A DNA stretch of 63,799 nucleotides, counting the filler, from Basidiobolus ranarum (taxonomy: Eukaryota), in assembly GCA_040143965.1 (NCBI GenBank). It is 18 parts of 18 records of this genome, joined end to end, with 100 filler letters (N's around TTAATTAATTAA, not from the genome) between each part and the next. Parts side by side here need not be neighbours in the genome. Positions count along the whole stretch, not along the records: positions 39,102 to 42,547 come from JASJQH010009360.1; positions 42,648 to 46,093 come from JASJQH010009361.1; positions 46,194 to 49,638 come from JASJQH010009362.1; positions 49,739 to 53,180 come from JASJQH010009363.1; 14 more parts are not named here. One strand, given 5' to 3'. A program made the translations under genes and the position numbers. The notes below the pieces were generated by a model. That model had not been told where the DNA came from. It was given only the letters and a program-made list of their open reading frames with translations, and ran no database searches. This document shows, piece after piece, positions 39,102 to 51,183 of this stretch; position 1 is the first letter of the stretch; each line of letters opens with the position of its first letter.

Positions 39102-40312
39102 TATCGTATTATCGGTACCATTTTGGGCGGTCTGTGGGGATACCTTTGCTGGCTTGCAAGTCAGGGAAACCCTTATATTATTGCAGTCTTTACTTATATC
39201 ATTGGTGATTAGACTATTTAGGATCAATCAATTCTTGGATTTTACTAATGATTTTTTGTTGTTTGTAGCAATTCCATGTTGGTACTTCTTTATCACCAGG
39301 CCGTATACTAAGGTGCCTCTGGTATCATTGATAACTTACATGATTGTCATATTTGGTACATACAATTCTGTGGTTGTTGACAAACAGGGGTCAAGCACCT
39401 CAGCATTGTTATTGGCAGTGCTGAGAACCGTGAATTTGATTATTGCTATTATAATATCACTTTTGGTGGAGATGGTATTGTGGCCTTACGTAGCTAGAAT
39501 TGAGCTACGTAAACATCTGGGTAGAACCTTTTATAACTTGGGAGTTCTTTTCTCAAAAACTATCTCGATTCACATGATGGAAAGAGAATCGCCAGCTTGG
39601 TTAGAAGCCAGATATGAAGCCAAGAAACTGACCTCTAAATTACAGTCCTCGATTACCAAAGCTACTACTCTGTTAGCACTGTCGGCTAAAGAGCCGAGAC
39701 TGAGAGATGATTTTCAAGAACAAACGTATGTCGATATCATATTGAGAGTGCAGAATCTGCTCGATTGGACTGCAACCATGCGTTCGTCTATAGTTCAGAC
39801 AGACGAGAGAGTGAAAGCAAAATTAGTATATCCACTAAATAGAAGACGCAAGGATGTAGTAAGTTGATGTTTCTAGCGTGTTTGCATAATCATAGAAGCT
39901 AAATATTTCATTCTAGATCGCCTCCTTACTTCTACATTTCTATGTCATTTCGGGTGCATTCAAATCCAAGTCACCCCTACCGCCTTATCTTCCATCAGCT
40001 AGAACCCCTAGATTACGTCTACTCAGTAAGATTAGAAGATTGGGTACTTTTTCAAATATGTCTAGTGAGACTCTCACTGATGTAACCGAAAATGAATTTT
40101 TCTACACCAATTGGTATGCATATGCAGGTAGTCTAATTGAAATCGTGGAAGAACAAGAGGAACTAGGTGATTTGGTCAAAAAGGTTGTAGGTGAGATTGA
40201 ATTTGTTGTGAGTGACTTCAATTCGTACTCGGATAGAACACCAAACGTATCGATTGATATTGAAAGAATGGCTGATGCTGCAGGGCTGTCTGTTCCAAGA
40301 AACTATTCATGA
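39102..40312 (+). CDS. C-terminal half of an aromatic acid exporter/FUSC-like (ArAE_2, Bre4/YGL140C-like) membrane protein
   Basis: RIIGTILGGLWGY, LWPYVARIELRKHL, EPRLRDDF and KSPLPPYLPSAR; two GT-AG introns. Confidence 0.82.
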
Positions 40313-41385
40313 TTTTATAATTTGTACACACATAATCCTTGATTACTGCCATTCCTCCCCCCCAATGCTTCTATGTATATTTATTTCTCTTCATTTTGTT
40401 ATATTTTTCATGGTCGTTGACTTTAAAACTTTACTGTCATATCCTATCGTTCCGTTAGAATGTTCAAGTGATTTCTTAAATTTTGTACTTCTGATCAAAA
40501 ATACTTATTGCGCGATATGTTGAGGGTACTGTTTCAGGGAGTTTCATGGCGAAATGTCAGTCCAATAATAGTGATTGGTTATGTTTATGGTAATGATAGC
40601 GTAAGTGATATGTTTAATATAATTTGTAGAGTATCCCACGGCTTGGAGTGTACCCATTGGTTAAGATAGTGTGGGAAACATCCAAAATAACAAACACATA
40701 AAGGCAGCTCGCTGTAGAAACTGTGCTTGATAGTTGCTTTACATGTTATGAATCGTGTGCTAAATCCTCTAAAAATAATCCAGTGGCTACCAATAAAGAT
40801 TGCAACATAGCGTCTTTATGAACAGAAAGATCAATACCCAAGCATCTGTCTTCTCTATTACCGTGTTATCAAGGCGTTTTCACGTCACTGAACCAAGTGC
40901 ATATCTGTTGCCATTTTCATCACTGTCCAGGATGTTTTACATACTCTCCAAAGCATCGATTCTCTCAAGCACTATCACGGACAGTACATCATCTGTTTGG
41001 ATGACCAAGCGATAAACCACTATTACTGGACCAAAGCCAAGTCTAAGTGTTATATCAGCGTTGAAGCTGACTCCACCAATCTTTTCCACTCTAGGTCACA
41101 CGACAAATATAGATATTATTTATCCTTATTTCCAAATTGATTAAATACCAGGATTTGTAGTTTATTTTTTGATTGGTTACTAGCCGACTGCTTTTCTAAT
41201 ATTTCAATCCAATTCACTAAAACTTTTCAACTGACACAAGTATCCATTTTAATTATTATTAACTGTACCTGTTTCCTCTAAGAATAGACAAGTGTGAAAT
41301 AGTACCACTGTATAAACTTTGTTTGCTTCACTTGACATTCGTCTAGAGTCTTTGAGAACCCTTCCTAGATATTTCCTTTGTAAAC

Positions 41386-42547
41386 ATGGAAAAGGAGTAT
41401 GATCCAGGAGAGGTGCCACTTTCGCGTGTGTTAAGTGACCGTTCTTTAGAAGAGGATAGACCTGGTTTTTTTGATCTGAGTACTTCTGATGATATAATCC
41501 ATGGATTTAACGAATTAGTCCAAGAATCTCCCACTTTCAGTAGAAGAAAATCCCCTTCTGAAGACTTACCGGAAGATAGTTATCGTACACCTTCTATTCC
41601 AATAGTGACTGTTACTGATTGCGCCGGCCCTTCACATTGCAATGGTAGAGATACAGAGGAGGGAGGCTCACCTATTACCTCAGCAAGATCTTCAATATCC
41701 GACTTGTCTGACGTTCAGTTTTCTCTGGGTGACCGTTGGAATTCTGCAACACCAACGATGGAGAATTCTAAAGGGAAAGAGATAAAATCGGAGTCTGCAA
41801 TAGAGCAAGATATGGCATATGATGGTAAACCTCCAGTTCTTCTTCAAACTCAAGTACGTCAGAGAAGGGCCCAAGAGCTCAAGGACAAGAAGAACTTTCC
41901 AAAGCGAATCTGGGATTTTATTCGCAAACATTGTAGAAGCTCCCTTACGCCTAGTGGATTTCGCTCTTTCATGCGTTGTTTGGTTGCATTTCTTGTAGTC
42001 AGTATTCTCATGATTATTCCAAGTACCGCCAAATGGATTGGCCCAGTGGATGTCTTAGCTGGTACTGGGTTGATGTTCTTTCCTGCCAATAAAACTTTAG
42101 GTGCTCAACTGGAGGCCTCTTTATTAGGAGTTATATTTATTCTTATTACCGGTGTATACAATTATGCCGGGTTAGCTTGTCTAGTCGCATTTAATACTAG
42201 TGGCCACGCGACAGACTATGGTGCATCGTTAATAGTTGCTGTTTGGCTTATCTTCGCCACGCTTGTTTTAGGCTACCTGAGAACCAAATATTCTAGACTG
42301 TACACACCTTGTGTAGCTGCACAAATCACCCTCTTTTTCGCCTTATTTACGAATATGAGAATTACAAATCTGAGTTTCTCTATTGTGTGGTCGGTTAACA
42401 AACCATTTTTGCTTGCAATCGTCATCACATGTATATCGAGTTTGGTAATATTTCCCCAGAGTGCGACTGGGAAGCTGGCGTGAGTATTCATCGAATGAAG
42501 CCTTCTTCCAACTTTCACTAATGATTTTTCTTTAGTAATGAGACGCG
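41386..42547 (+). CDS. N-terminal half of a second ArAE/FUSC-like membrane protein
   Basis: Disordered Ser-rich N-terminus, then RCLVAFLVVSIL...FFPANKTLGAQLEA...IFPQSA transmembrane block; intron near 42480. Confidence 0.8.
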
Positions 42548-42647
42548 NNNNNNNNNNNNNNNNNNNNNNNNNNNNNNNNNNNNNNNNNNNNTTAATTAAT
42601 TAANNNNNNNNNNNNNNNNNNNNNNNNNNNNNNNNNNNNNNNNNNNN

Positions 42648-43338
42648 TGAAATTAGCCCCAAAGTTAAAGGCAAGCAAACAGCTGCACAAACACTGCAAA
42701 GCATCCCCAGTAGTGTCACACTATAAGGACATATGAAAATAGTAAAAGTGTTTGGGAAGTATTTTCAAAAGTATGAAGGGAAAAATGCAGTGCAAGTATG
42801 CAGAAAGTGGCTTCAGAAGAAGAACATTCAACTTGACATTCAGTCTGGTGTTGACTGTTCAGATATCTGGGAAGAACTTAATACAGTGTGGCACAATATT
42901 GCAGGGTAGCCATCAGATAGCTGGAAGAATGTTGATTCAGCAACGTTAATACAATGGTGAGCTTTGATGAAGATATTGATACAAACTTGTGTTAGATATG
43001 AGCTAAACCTTGGGTATGAACAACTCTATAAAAATATTCAGGTCAATATATCAAAGAAACTAGGAATTTCAAAGGTGACAAATTAGCATTCATGTGGTAA
43101 ATGTGTAAAATTTGAGTTATGTTTTTTGCACATGCATTGATCCATAGTTTGCCAAGATTGTAGCCAATTATGTGCAACTATTTTGCAAGATCTTGAAATT
43201 TCACCCCAGAAACTGAAAAAATTGATTAAAATCAAATCTAACTTGACAATTTTATGACAGTAAGTAAACAGTCAATCCCAAATGGATTAAAATTGTGATG
43301 GTTTTCCTACAATCATAATCCTCAAATTTCTGTTAGGG
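42648..43338 (+). mobile_element. CMC ORF2 C-terminus and terminus TGTTAGGG
   Basis: Terminus at 43331-43338, colinear with 29560-30242. Confidence 0.88.
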
Positions 43339-43409
43339 GAGTGTGCCCTATGCATTTTTAGTTTTCTTACATAGAACTCAATTTTTATTTCCAAATTACT
43401 CATCTGAGG

Positions 43410-43680
43410 GTGAGTCCTTGCTTCTTAACACTATTCAAATATGCTCCAACCACTCTGGGAGGCCTTTGAATAACAAGCATTTTCAACTAGAGAATACCTC
43501 AAACTTTGACAAAGTTCATTGAAGACTCTTGTCCTTTATTTTAAGCAATCTAATCTTGAAGACTCAGTATGCTGTTCATCAACATGGTAGACTCCATCGC
43601 ACAGTCTTCCATCGATCTTTGCATTGTGAACTTCCAGCAGGTGTAGTTTTTTCCACCATTTGAGCGCCTTTATTAATAAA
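43410..43680 (-). mobile_element. Very old copia gag relic
   Basis: GKNYTCWKFTM resembles the gag N-terminal NYxxWKFxM. Confidence 0.5.
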
Positions 43681-45727
43681 ATTGGAAGTACTAACCATAA
43701 AATCACCCGCTGACAACTTCAAGATTGCATCCAGATTACATCAATATGAAACAATGCACAAGTTATACGAGCAATAGATGTTTCTCACACTAAAATACTA
43801 CGTTCGAGATTATAGAATATATGAGTGTTATGAGTTCTGACCATAGACACTAAGCAACATCCTAACATCTTCCGAATGTGTTAAGTATAAATAATGTTTC
43901 GAAAATGTTGAAAGTTTGTAACTAGTTGTAGTTTCATACGGCGTGTAATAATAAGGACCCGGATATTGATACATTCATCGAAACAAAAAAGAGAACATGC
44001 TTGTAATATACTGGGGAAATGGGCATGGCAGGTTAGAAAGAATATTCGTGGGATTTGTTTGGGTAGACTTGGGTAATTTGTTGGATTTTAATGCTGGCAA
44101 ATATTTAGATGCGGAATAATGAAAATGCTATATGGGGTTTAGGTGCTTTACTATCGGATTTCAAACACGTTGATCACCATTGCGATTAATAGTACTAATG
44201 GTGAGGGAGAGGACTACGTGTTTCAAATACGGACAGGTCATCTCCTGTCGTGTAATGTAAACAATGCACAATGTAGATTATTATTCATTTATGGGCCAAA
44301 TACAAATAAGTCCACCAAATTGCTGATTGGAAATACCGGGTGCGGAGTTCGCGCCCAATGCGGAAAGTGACTTGGTGGAACACACGAGCACACGATTGAC
44401 TACACCAAGTTGCGTATGCTGGTTGAAGTTTCCAAAGAAGCTGAGCATAAATCTTGGTATTGAAAATAGATTTAAAAATCATAGCAATATGATGTGCGAT
44501 ATTATCCATGCTTATTTAATGCAAAATGGAATTCGGAGAAAACTTGTTGTAACCAGAATTAAGCTCTGTATACCACGCTTACCAAATCAAATAGTGGAAT
44601 TACCATGCACAAAGTCGACAATGGGGTAGCACATTAATGTCCATGATTGAGGTAAATTCTAAGGTTAATTTTAGTGTAAAAATCAACTAGAGAATGTACT
44701 AAGCTTCTCAAATGAACAAGTCGACTATACATACTTTTCTTGTAATGTAGGACAATAGATTCAGTGTTTACCGCACTCAAGTTATACAAAAGTCAATAAA
44801 CCACGCCAATACTAACATGATTGATCTAGTTGAAATGAAAGGACCAAGCCTCAGACCCTATCCCTCATATTTTCCTGGGTGAATAGCCGGCCAAGTGGCG
44901 TTTAATATGTACAGGTTGATGGTCATGATCTGTAGATCATTCTATCACTGCAAGCTTGTTGCTGACTTTGTTCGCAACTCTTGAAACGCCATACATATCG
45001 ATGCTCGAAGGGAACGCTTAGTCAAGCATGGTATTGGGTCTGATCCCATACATCTGACGTAATGTACTCGCAACTGTCGTAATTACAGAATGGAAGTCTT
45101 CGCTAGTAACTGCTTCATAATTTTGTACCAACTCAAATAGCATTTTTTTAGAATTATATTCTCAGTAACCTAATTGGCGTTTTAAACTCATTCCTTAAAT
45201 TTATATTTACCTCTAAATAATCACTTTGTACTGGTCAGAGGAATCACTTATTCTAATGCCTTTCCAGTAAGGGGCTAGAAGAGGATACTGAATTATAGGA
45301 TAATTGACGGGATTTTACTTGGGGTCACCGTGATGCAAAGAATCAGTGCTTGTAATAATAAAATTTGTCTCCATCACGTATACAGCGAATGTACCGCTCG
45401 AGTAGTACCTTCCTAATATAGCACAGCACTCAAAGCTTATTCTGTATGGCACCCACGAAAGGTCTCTCGAAATAAATACCACCAGGGCTATAAACTACAA
45501 TATTGGTTACTCCGCTCATGGTGGATCCAAGATTTAGTCAGCCGCACGAAGATTGCTCCATACTAAATTTAATAACTATATTTATGGAAATATCACGATG
45601 GAATCCGGTAACAAGCTCTTACAATGGAAAGTTAATTAAAATTGAGGGTAAAGGTCAAAGATATATAAGAAATATTAAATCCAATGTAGAAGCATCACAC
45701 TACGCCTTTCTCTACACCGCTTACATC

Positions 45728-46093
45728 ATGGTAGCCATTAAACTTCTCACAACAATCTCTCTCTTCGCTGTATCCTCCTTGGCTTGGGTTTGGCCCTTAC
45801 CTGCGAAGATGGATGTTGGAAACACCATCATTCGCGTTGACAAGTTTAACCTTGGTTTCAGCATCAAGGCCTCAGTCGGTTCCGATATTCTTGAGAGAGC
45901 CGTTGAGCGCTACAAGAAGTTGATCTTCATCGAAGGTGAATATGGCTCCCTTCTCGATACTGTTGAGAAGACTGTATTCCCCACCCCCACTACATCTGTC
46001 CCTACTCAGGCACCCGCTCCCAAGGGTACATTCCCAATCTTGACAGGTCTCAGCATTGTGGTGAATGGAACCGATACCAAACTCAATCTTGAC
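45728..46093 (+). CDS. Secreted beta-N-acetylhexosaminidase (GH20), N-terminus
   Basis: Signal peptide MVAIKLLTTISLFAVSSLA, then WVWPLP and ILERAVERYKKLIF, typical of the GH20b domain. The true start is probably 45728, not 45503. Confidence 0.82.
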
Positions 46094-46193
46094 NNNNNNN
46101 NNNNNNNNNNNNNNNNNNNNNNNNNNNNNNNNNNNNNTTAATTAATTAANNNNNNNNNNNNNNNNNNNNNNNNNNNNNNNNNNNNNNNNNNNN

Positions 46194-46943
46194 CAGGATT
46201 CATCTGAATTGAGAACAATTTTTGCCTAAGATATAGCCTATTAGCCAGACTTTTAGTCTTGTATAGTCCCTCAAGTATTTCCCAAGCATTTTGGATGTTT
46301 TTGGATGATTGTATGTGCCTCAATTGAGAATCTCTGAGATGTAGACAAAGTGTAGAGAGTGCTTTCTGCAGCTTCTTGTGAAAGGCAAGGATAGCTTCTG
46401 GTTGCCCCTTTGGCTCTATTTCTTCTCCTGTAACAAATCCCCAAAGGTCCCTGTCTTCTAGCACCATTTGCATCTTGAACTTCTAAAGGTGAGAGTTTTT
46501 ACCATCAAACTTCTCTCTGGATGCAAAAATGTTAGTAATAGTACTGGTAGACATCCCTTTAATAGCTAGCTTGGGGCTCATAATCTGATAAAAGTGTTTA
46601 GGGGATTTGGATGTGCTTTGGACAAGATTTGAATTTCTGAATTAGACACTTAAGTTTTGTTGAATTGCATATGTCCTATTTATAGTTTACTATGAAATAG
46701 GACTATTGGACATGCTTAGATCATAACAAACATGCCTGTTAAGCATGGGTGAAAATTTGAGGTGATTTGGAGAGGTTTTGAGAAAATAGTGAAAATTGGT
46801 AAAAGTGATCTAATTGATATTTCTATCATATAGAGCAACCCACATGAACACATGTTTTTGAATGACAGAATTGAGTGCTAAATAATCAGAATATGAACAA
46901 ACTAGCTACTAAGTGATGAGTTCCTATTTACTTAATTTCAACA
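46194..46943 (-). mobile_element. Copia 5' LTR-B (46586-46943), PBS and gag
   Basis: LTR, then GATTATGAGCCCC, then ATGTCTACC; MQMVLEDRDLW..., SLANRLYLRQKL. Confidence 0.9.
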
Positions 46944-47515
46944 TAAAATGCAAAAGAATACTTGAAAAAGACTTAAAAAAGCTAGTATGGAAAACCACAA
47001 TAGAAATATACCACAAGTTGCTTCTCAAGTTTAATATTCAAATTGATATAACTTCCACAGTTTACCATCTGGATATCTAGGAAGAACTTGATGGAAAGTA
47101 GTGACAGGCTGCCATGTACTCACCAGAACACTGCTAAAATATCAACATGCAATGTTCTTGCAAAGGTCCTATTGAATGGAGCTACTGTTGCAAAGTTGTG
47201 TTAGACATGGACTAAACCTGGGTTATGTTACACTTGACAACAGTGTTCTTCAGAATATAGGAATAAAACTGGAAATTTTGCAATCAGACAATCCATCAAA
47301 GTAATAAATAAGAAAATTTGGAGTTGGGTTTTTGAAAGATTGCTTCCTTGTGACTGATCTGTTATTGTAGCCAATTAAGGGCCACCTTTTGCAATATCTG
47401 AAAGTCTCAACTCTTGAAGTAAAAAATTTGAATAAATGTAATATAGCTTGATGATATTATGGTAGTATTTAGATGTGCTGACCCAGATGGATTAAATTTT
47501 CAATGGTCTTCTTAC
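46944..47515 (+). mobile_element. Diverged paralog of the CMC ORF2 C-terminus (second subfamily)
   Basis: NIQIDITS...DI*EELDG...MELLLQSCVRHGLNLGY...LEIL aligns with NIQLDIQS...DIWEELNT...MEILIQTCVGYELNLGY...LGIS. Confidence 0.7.
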
Positions 47516-47865
47516 AGTTGAAATATTGCAAATAGCCACTCATTATTTTGTAGTTAGTTGATTCATATTCCAAACACTTAGTGCCCAATAGTAACATTCA
47601 AAAATGAGTGTTTATTTTTCTCGTTGATAGATGTATGAATTAAGTCACTTCTACCAGTTTGTCTATTTTCTCAAATCTTCTACTAATTATTTCAAATTTT
47701 CCACTTGCTTGACAGGCATGTTTTTTATGATCTTAGCTTGCTCAATAGTCCTATTGCATGGTAAACAATAGATAGGACATATTGAGTTCAATAAATCACA
47801 AGTCCCCAATTCACAAAGCTAATGCTTGTCTAATATACTTCCAAATCCCATAAACACTTTTGTCC
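47516..47865 (+). mobile_element. Diverged LTR, family B-like
   Basis: Shares blocks AATAGC.ACTCATTATTT, ACAGGCATGTT and TAAACACTTTT with 2655-3006. Confidence 0.7.
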
Positions 47866-48094
47866 ACACAGTATTATCCCTGATATTTCTGTTAGTAGCA
47901 TGTCCTCTGTAGAACAATAACCTGGGTCAATAAGTAGAATCTTTTTATCACTCAATTAAAAGATATTGATTGCTTAAATGTTACCTTCCAGTACTAAATG
48001 TTGAATATCTAACTAATTTGATACAACTTTGATTATCTTATAAAAACACTGTTGTTCATTTTGAGAATAGCCTAAGCCTTTCATGAGCTTTTTT

Positions 48095-49134
48095 AACTCT
48101 CAGGTAGAGCACCATAATGATTTGAATGCAATCATAAGTAAAGACAACAAATTTGCTATACTGGCCATCACTAGCAATAACACTGCAATATTGCAATTAA
48201 TGCAGCATTCTGAAGCAACTGGTCAAAAGTTAAAGAGTCACTTAATAGTTATACAAGACTTTCAGAATGCTATACTTGAGCTACAGCAACAAGCAGCTCC
48301 CTCCGCGCATCCTTGTAGAGGATTTCAATCAATCTACATCACGCATATGAACATCACCATGACAATCTAGCAGAGCAGAATATGTGTTGGACCATAAAGC
48401 CTATACAGCAACCCAAAATTGCATGTGCACATGAAAGTAGAAATCTCATAGGAAAACCAGCTTGCCAAAAGACTCTGAATGTCAGAGCTGTCATCACTTG
48501 CTCTGATGAAGAGTGGTTTAGCATCTTGGAAACTCTGTAGAATCTTGGCCAAAATCACCTTGATTTAAGGCAATTTGAAAAAACTAAAAAGAGGTGTTAC
48601 TATGAAGGTTCTTGACTATTTTCATGTGGCTCATCGTGAGTATTTGCAAGCAAATGGCAATTGGCCTAATATAGGCCTACTCATGAAACATATAAAAAAT
48701 GAATGCAATTATTGACTTGGATAGAAAGAAAAGCAGCTAAAGAAGTACTTGAGGAGCTGGAAGTGAGTAAACCCAAGGGAACAGAAAAGGAGCCAGTGAG
48801 TTTAGGCTCTACTGTTGCACTCATCAGATTCTTCACACCATTACAAAGATCTGTATTTCCAGAGTCAAATTTACTGGCAAAAAGGCTGATTATGAAAATG
48901 AAACTAGGTACACCGTTTGGAAGAGTGATAAATTTGGAAGTTTGTGCAACACCTGGCATCTCTCAACAAGCCTAAACACCTGCAGATGAAACTGATGGCT
49001 CTCCAACATCAACTTGTACTTTTCAAAGTGTTGAAATCAGCCCCATACTTAAAGGCTAGCAAAAAGCCACACAAATACCATAAAGCACCCTCAGTAGTAT
49101 CACACTACAAGGACATATAAAATAGTAAAAGTGC
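48095..49134 (+). mobile_element. CMC ORF2 central fragment
   Basis: QVEHHNDLNAIISK...ERKAAKEVLEE...EPVSLGSTV. Confidence 0.86.
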
Positions 49135-49638
49135 TGTTGAAATTAGGTAAACAGCTACTCATTTTTTAGTAGTTAGTTTACTATTATTCTGATTATTTAG
49201 CACTCAATTCTGTCACTCAAAAATGTGCTTTTATTGCTCTATTTGAAGAAATATCAATTAGATCACTTTTACCAATATTCAATATTTTCTCAAAACTTCT
49301 CCAAATCATCTCAAATTTTTATCCATGCTTAACAGCCATGTTTGTTATGATCAAAGCATTTCCAATAGTTTTATTTCATAGTAAACTATAAAGAGGACAT
49401 ATTCAATTCAATAAAATGAAAGTGTCTAATCCACAAATCCAAATCTTGTCCAAATCACTTCCTTATCCCCTAAACACTTGTATTTGGTTATAAGCCCCAG
49501 GCTAGCTGTTAATGGAATGTCTACCAGTACTATTACCAATGCTTTTGCATCCATGGAGAAGTTTGATGATGTAGACTTTCACCTTTGGAAGTTCAAGATG
49601 CAAATGGTGCTAGAAGACAAGGACCTTTGGGGATTTGT
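49135..49638 (+). mobile_element. Copia 5' LTR-B (49135-49485), PBS (49486-49498) and gag start (49517)
   Basis: GGTTATAAGCCCC, then MSTSTITNAFASMEKFDDVDFHLWKFKMQMVLED. Confidence 0.9.
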
Positions 49639-49758
49639 NNNNNNNNNNNNNNNNNNNNNNNNNNNNNNNNNNNNNNNNNNNNTTAATTAATTAANNNNNN
49701 NNNNNNNNNNNNNNNNNNNNNNNNNNNNNNNNNNNNNNTTACTGACAAATTATCTAGT

Positions 49759-50605
49759 ACAATCGAGCATCTATTCCCATTGCTTCTGCGGCTCCTTAAA
49801 GATGAAATCCCTGAGGTCCGATTGAATGCTATCTCCAAGCTTGATGGGGTCAACCGAGGTGAGTGGGATACCTTTACGTTGTAATTCCTTTAGAGAATCT
49901 AATTATTGCCTCAGTCATCGGGATCGAGTTAATTTCGCAATCTTTGTTGCCTGCTATCGTTGAATTGGCTGAAGATAAACAGTGGCGAGTTAGGTCGGCA
50001 ATTATTGAATATATGCCTCTGCTTGCTAGCCAGCTTGGAGAGTCATTTTTTGATGAAAAACTTGGGAATCTTTGTATGTCATGGTTAGGGGATCCAGTAT
50101 TTTCCATTCGTGAAGCAGCCACCATCAATTTGCGAAGACTCACTGAAGTATTCGGTGTTGAATGGGCCAAGAAAACCATTATTCCAAGAGTTCTCGCTAT
50201 GGGCTCAGATCAGAACTACATATATCGTATGACGACCATATTCTCCATCAACGTTAGTACCACTTCTCTAAATATGTCCAAACTGTCCCTTTCCCGTTAA
50301 AACCATATTTTATATAGACCATCGCTCAGGCCGTCTCAGCACAAATTATAAAGGAACTCTTTCTTCCTACCCTCTTGAAGCTAGCCACCGATCCTATCCC
50401 TAATATTAGGTTTAATGTTCCTAAATCCCTAGAGACATTGACACCAATCCTGAAGTCAGATCCGTCGACTGCATCAGTAGTCACCAATGAAATCCGTGCC
50501 GCTTTACTCCAATTATCCAACGATCAAGATTATGATGTGAAATACTTTACCCAACGCGCATTAGTTAAAGATAAAGAATCTTATAGCAATAGGTCACATT
50601 TATGA
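49759..50605 (+). CDS. TPD3: Protein phosphatase 2A scaffold (A) subunit, C-terminal HEAT repeats
   Basis: [68 protein letters not shown] and [13 protein letters not shown] introns. Confidence 0.96.
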
Positions 50606-50766
50606 TGAGAAAAGTAGTGGATTTGATGATTTGTAGCCATTACTTTCTTCTTTACTCAACAATTCCAAAAATCTCTATATTGTTCCCTTATTCCATCTTC
50701 AACCAATTGCTTCTTGAAATTTGTTTCCTCTTGAATTCAAGTTTAAATCATTTTTTAGAAGTATCT

Positions 50767-51084
50767 TGTGGAGATTAACACAGCCTAAACACCTATATAG
50801 TCATATATAGCTTAGTATCTAGTTATCCTATATTGAACTATGATATTACCCATTATTCTCAATTGGAATTTACTTAGAGCTCTCAGATATATAGATTTTT
50901 CAAAGGAGCCACAAACTTTGCCAATATATTCCTGGGATATTCTTTAACACACTCTACATATTAGTTTGTTTACATCTTGACAAACCTATAAATGTCAACT
51001 GAATACTCAATAAATCATAAGTAAAAACCATCAACTTCTCTAATTCTCCAAATCACTTCTAACTGGCTTTCAAATACTTTAACA
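50767..51084 (+). mobile_element. LTR, family A (internally deleted)
   Basis: Matches 10999-11346; no TSD visible. Confidence 0.82.
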
Positions 51085-51183
51085 CAAACTACATGTTAGA
51101 AGCTAAATTTAGTAAATACTTCAATGTATGATATAATTCATACAATCATGTTGAGCAAGTAATAGGGCCTCAAAGTTAGTTAT

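Noticed and set aside
45503-45727. 75-aa N-terminal extension on the GH20 ORF
   Set aside because: Non-ATG start, contains a TATA-like TATATAAG, and the signal peptide begins at Met 45728.
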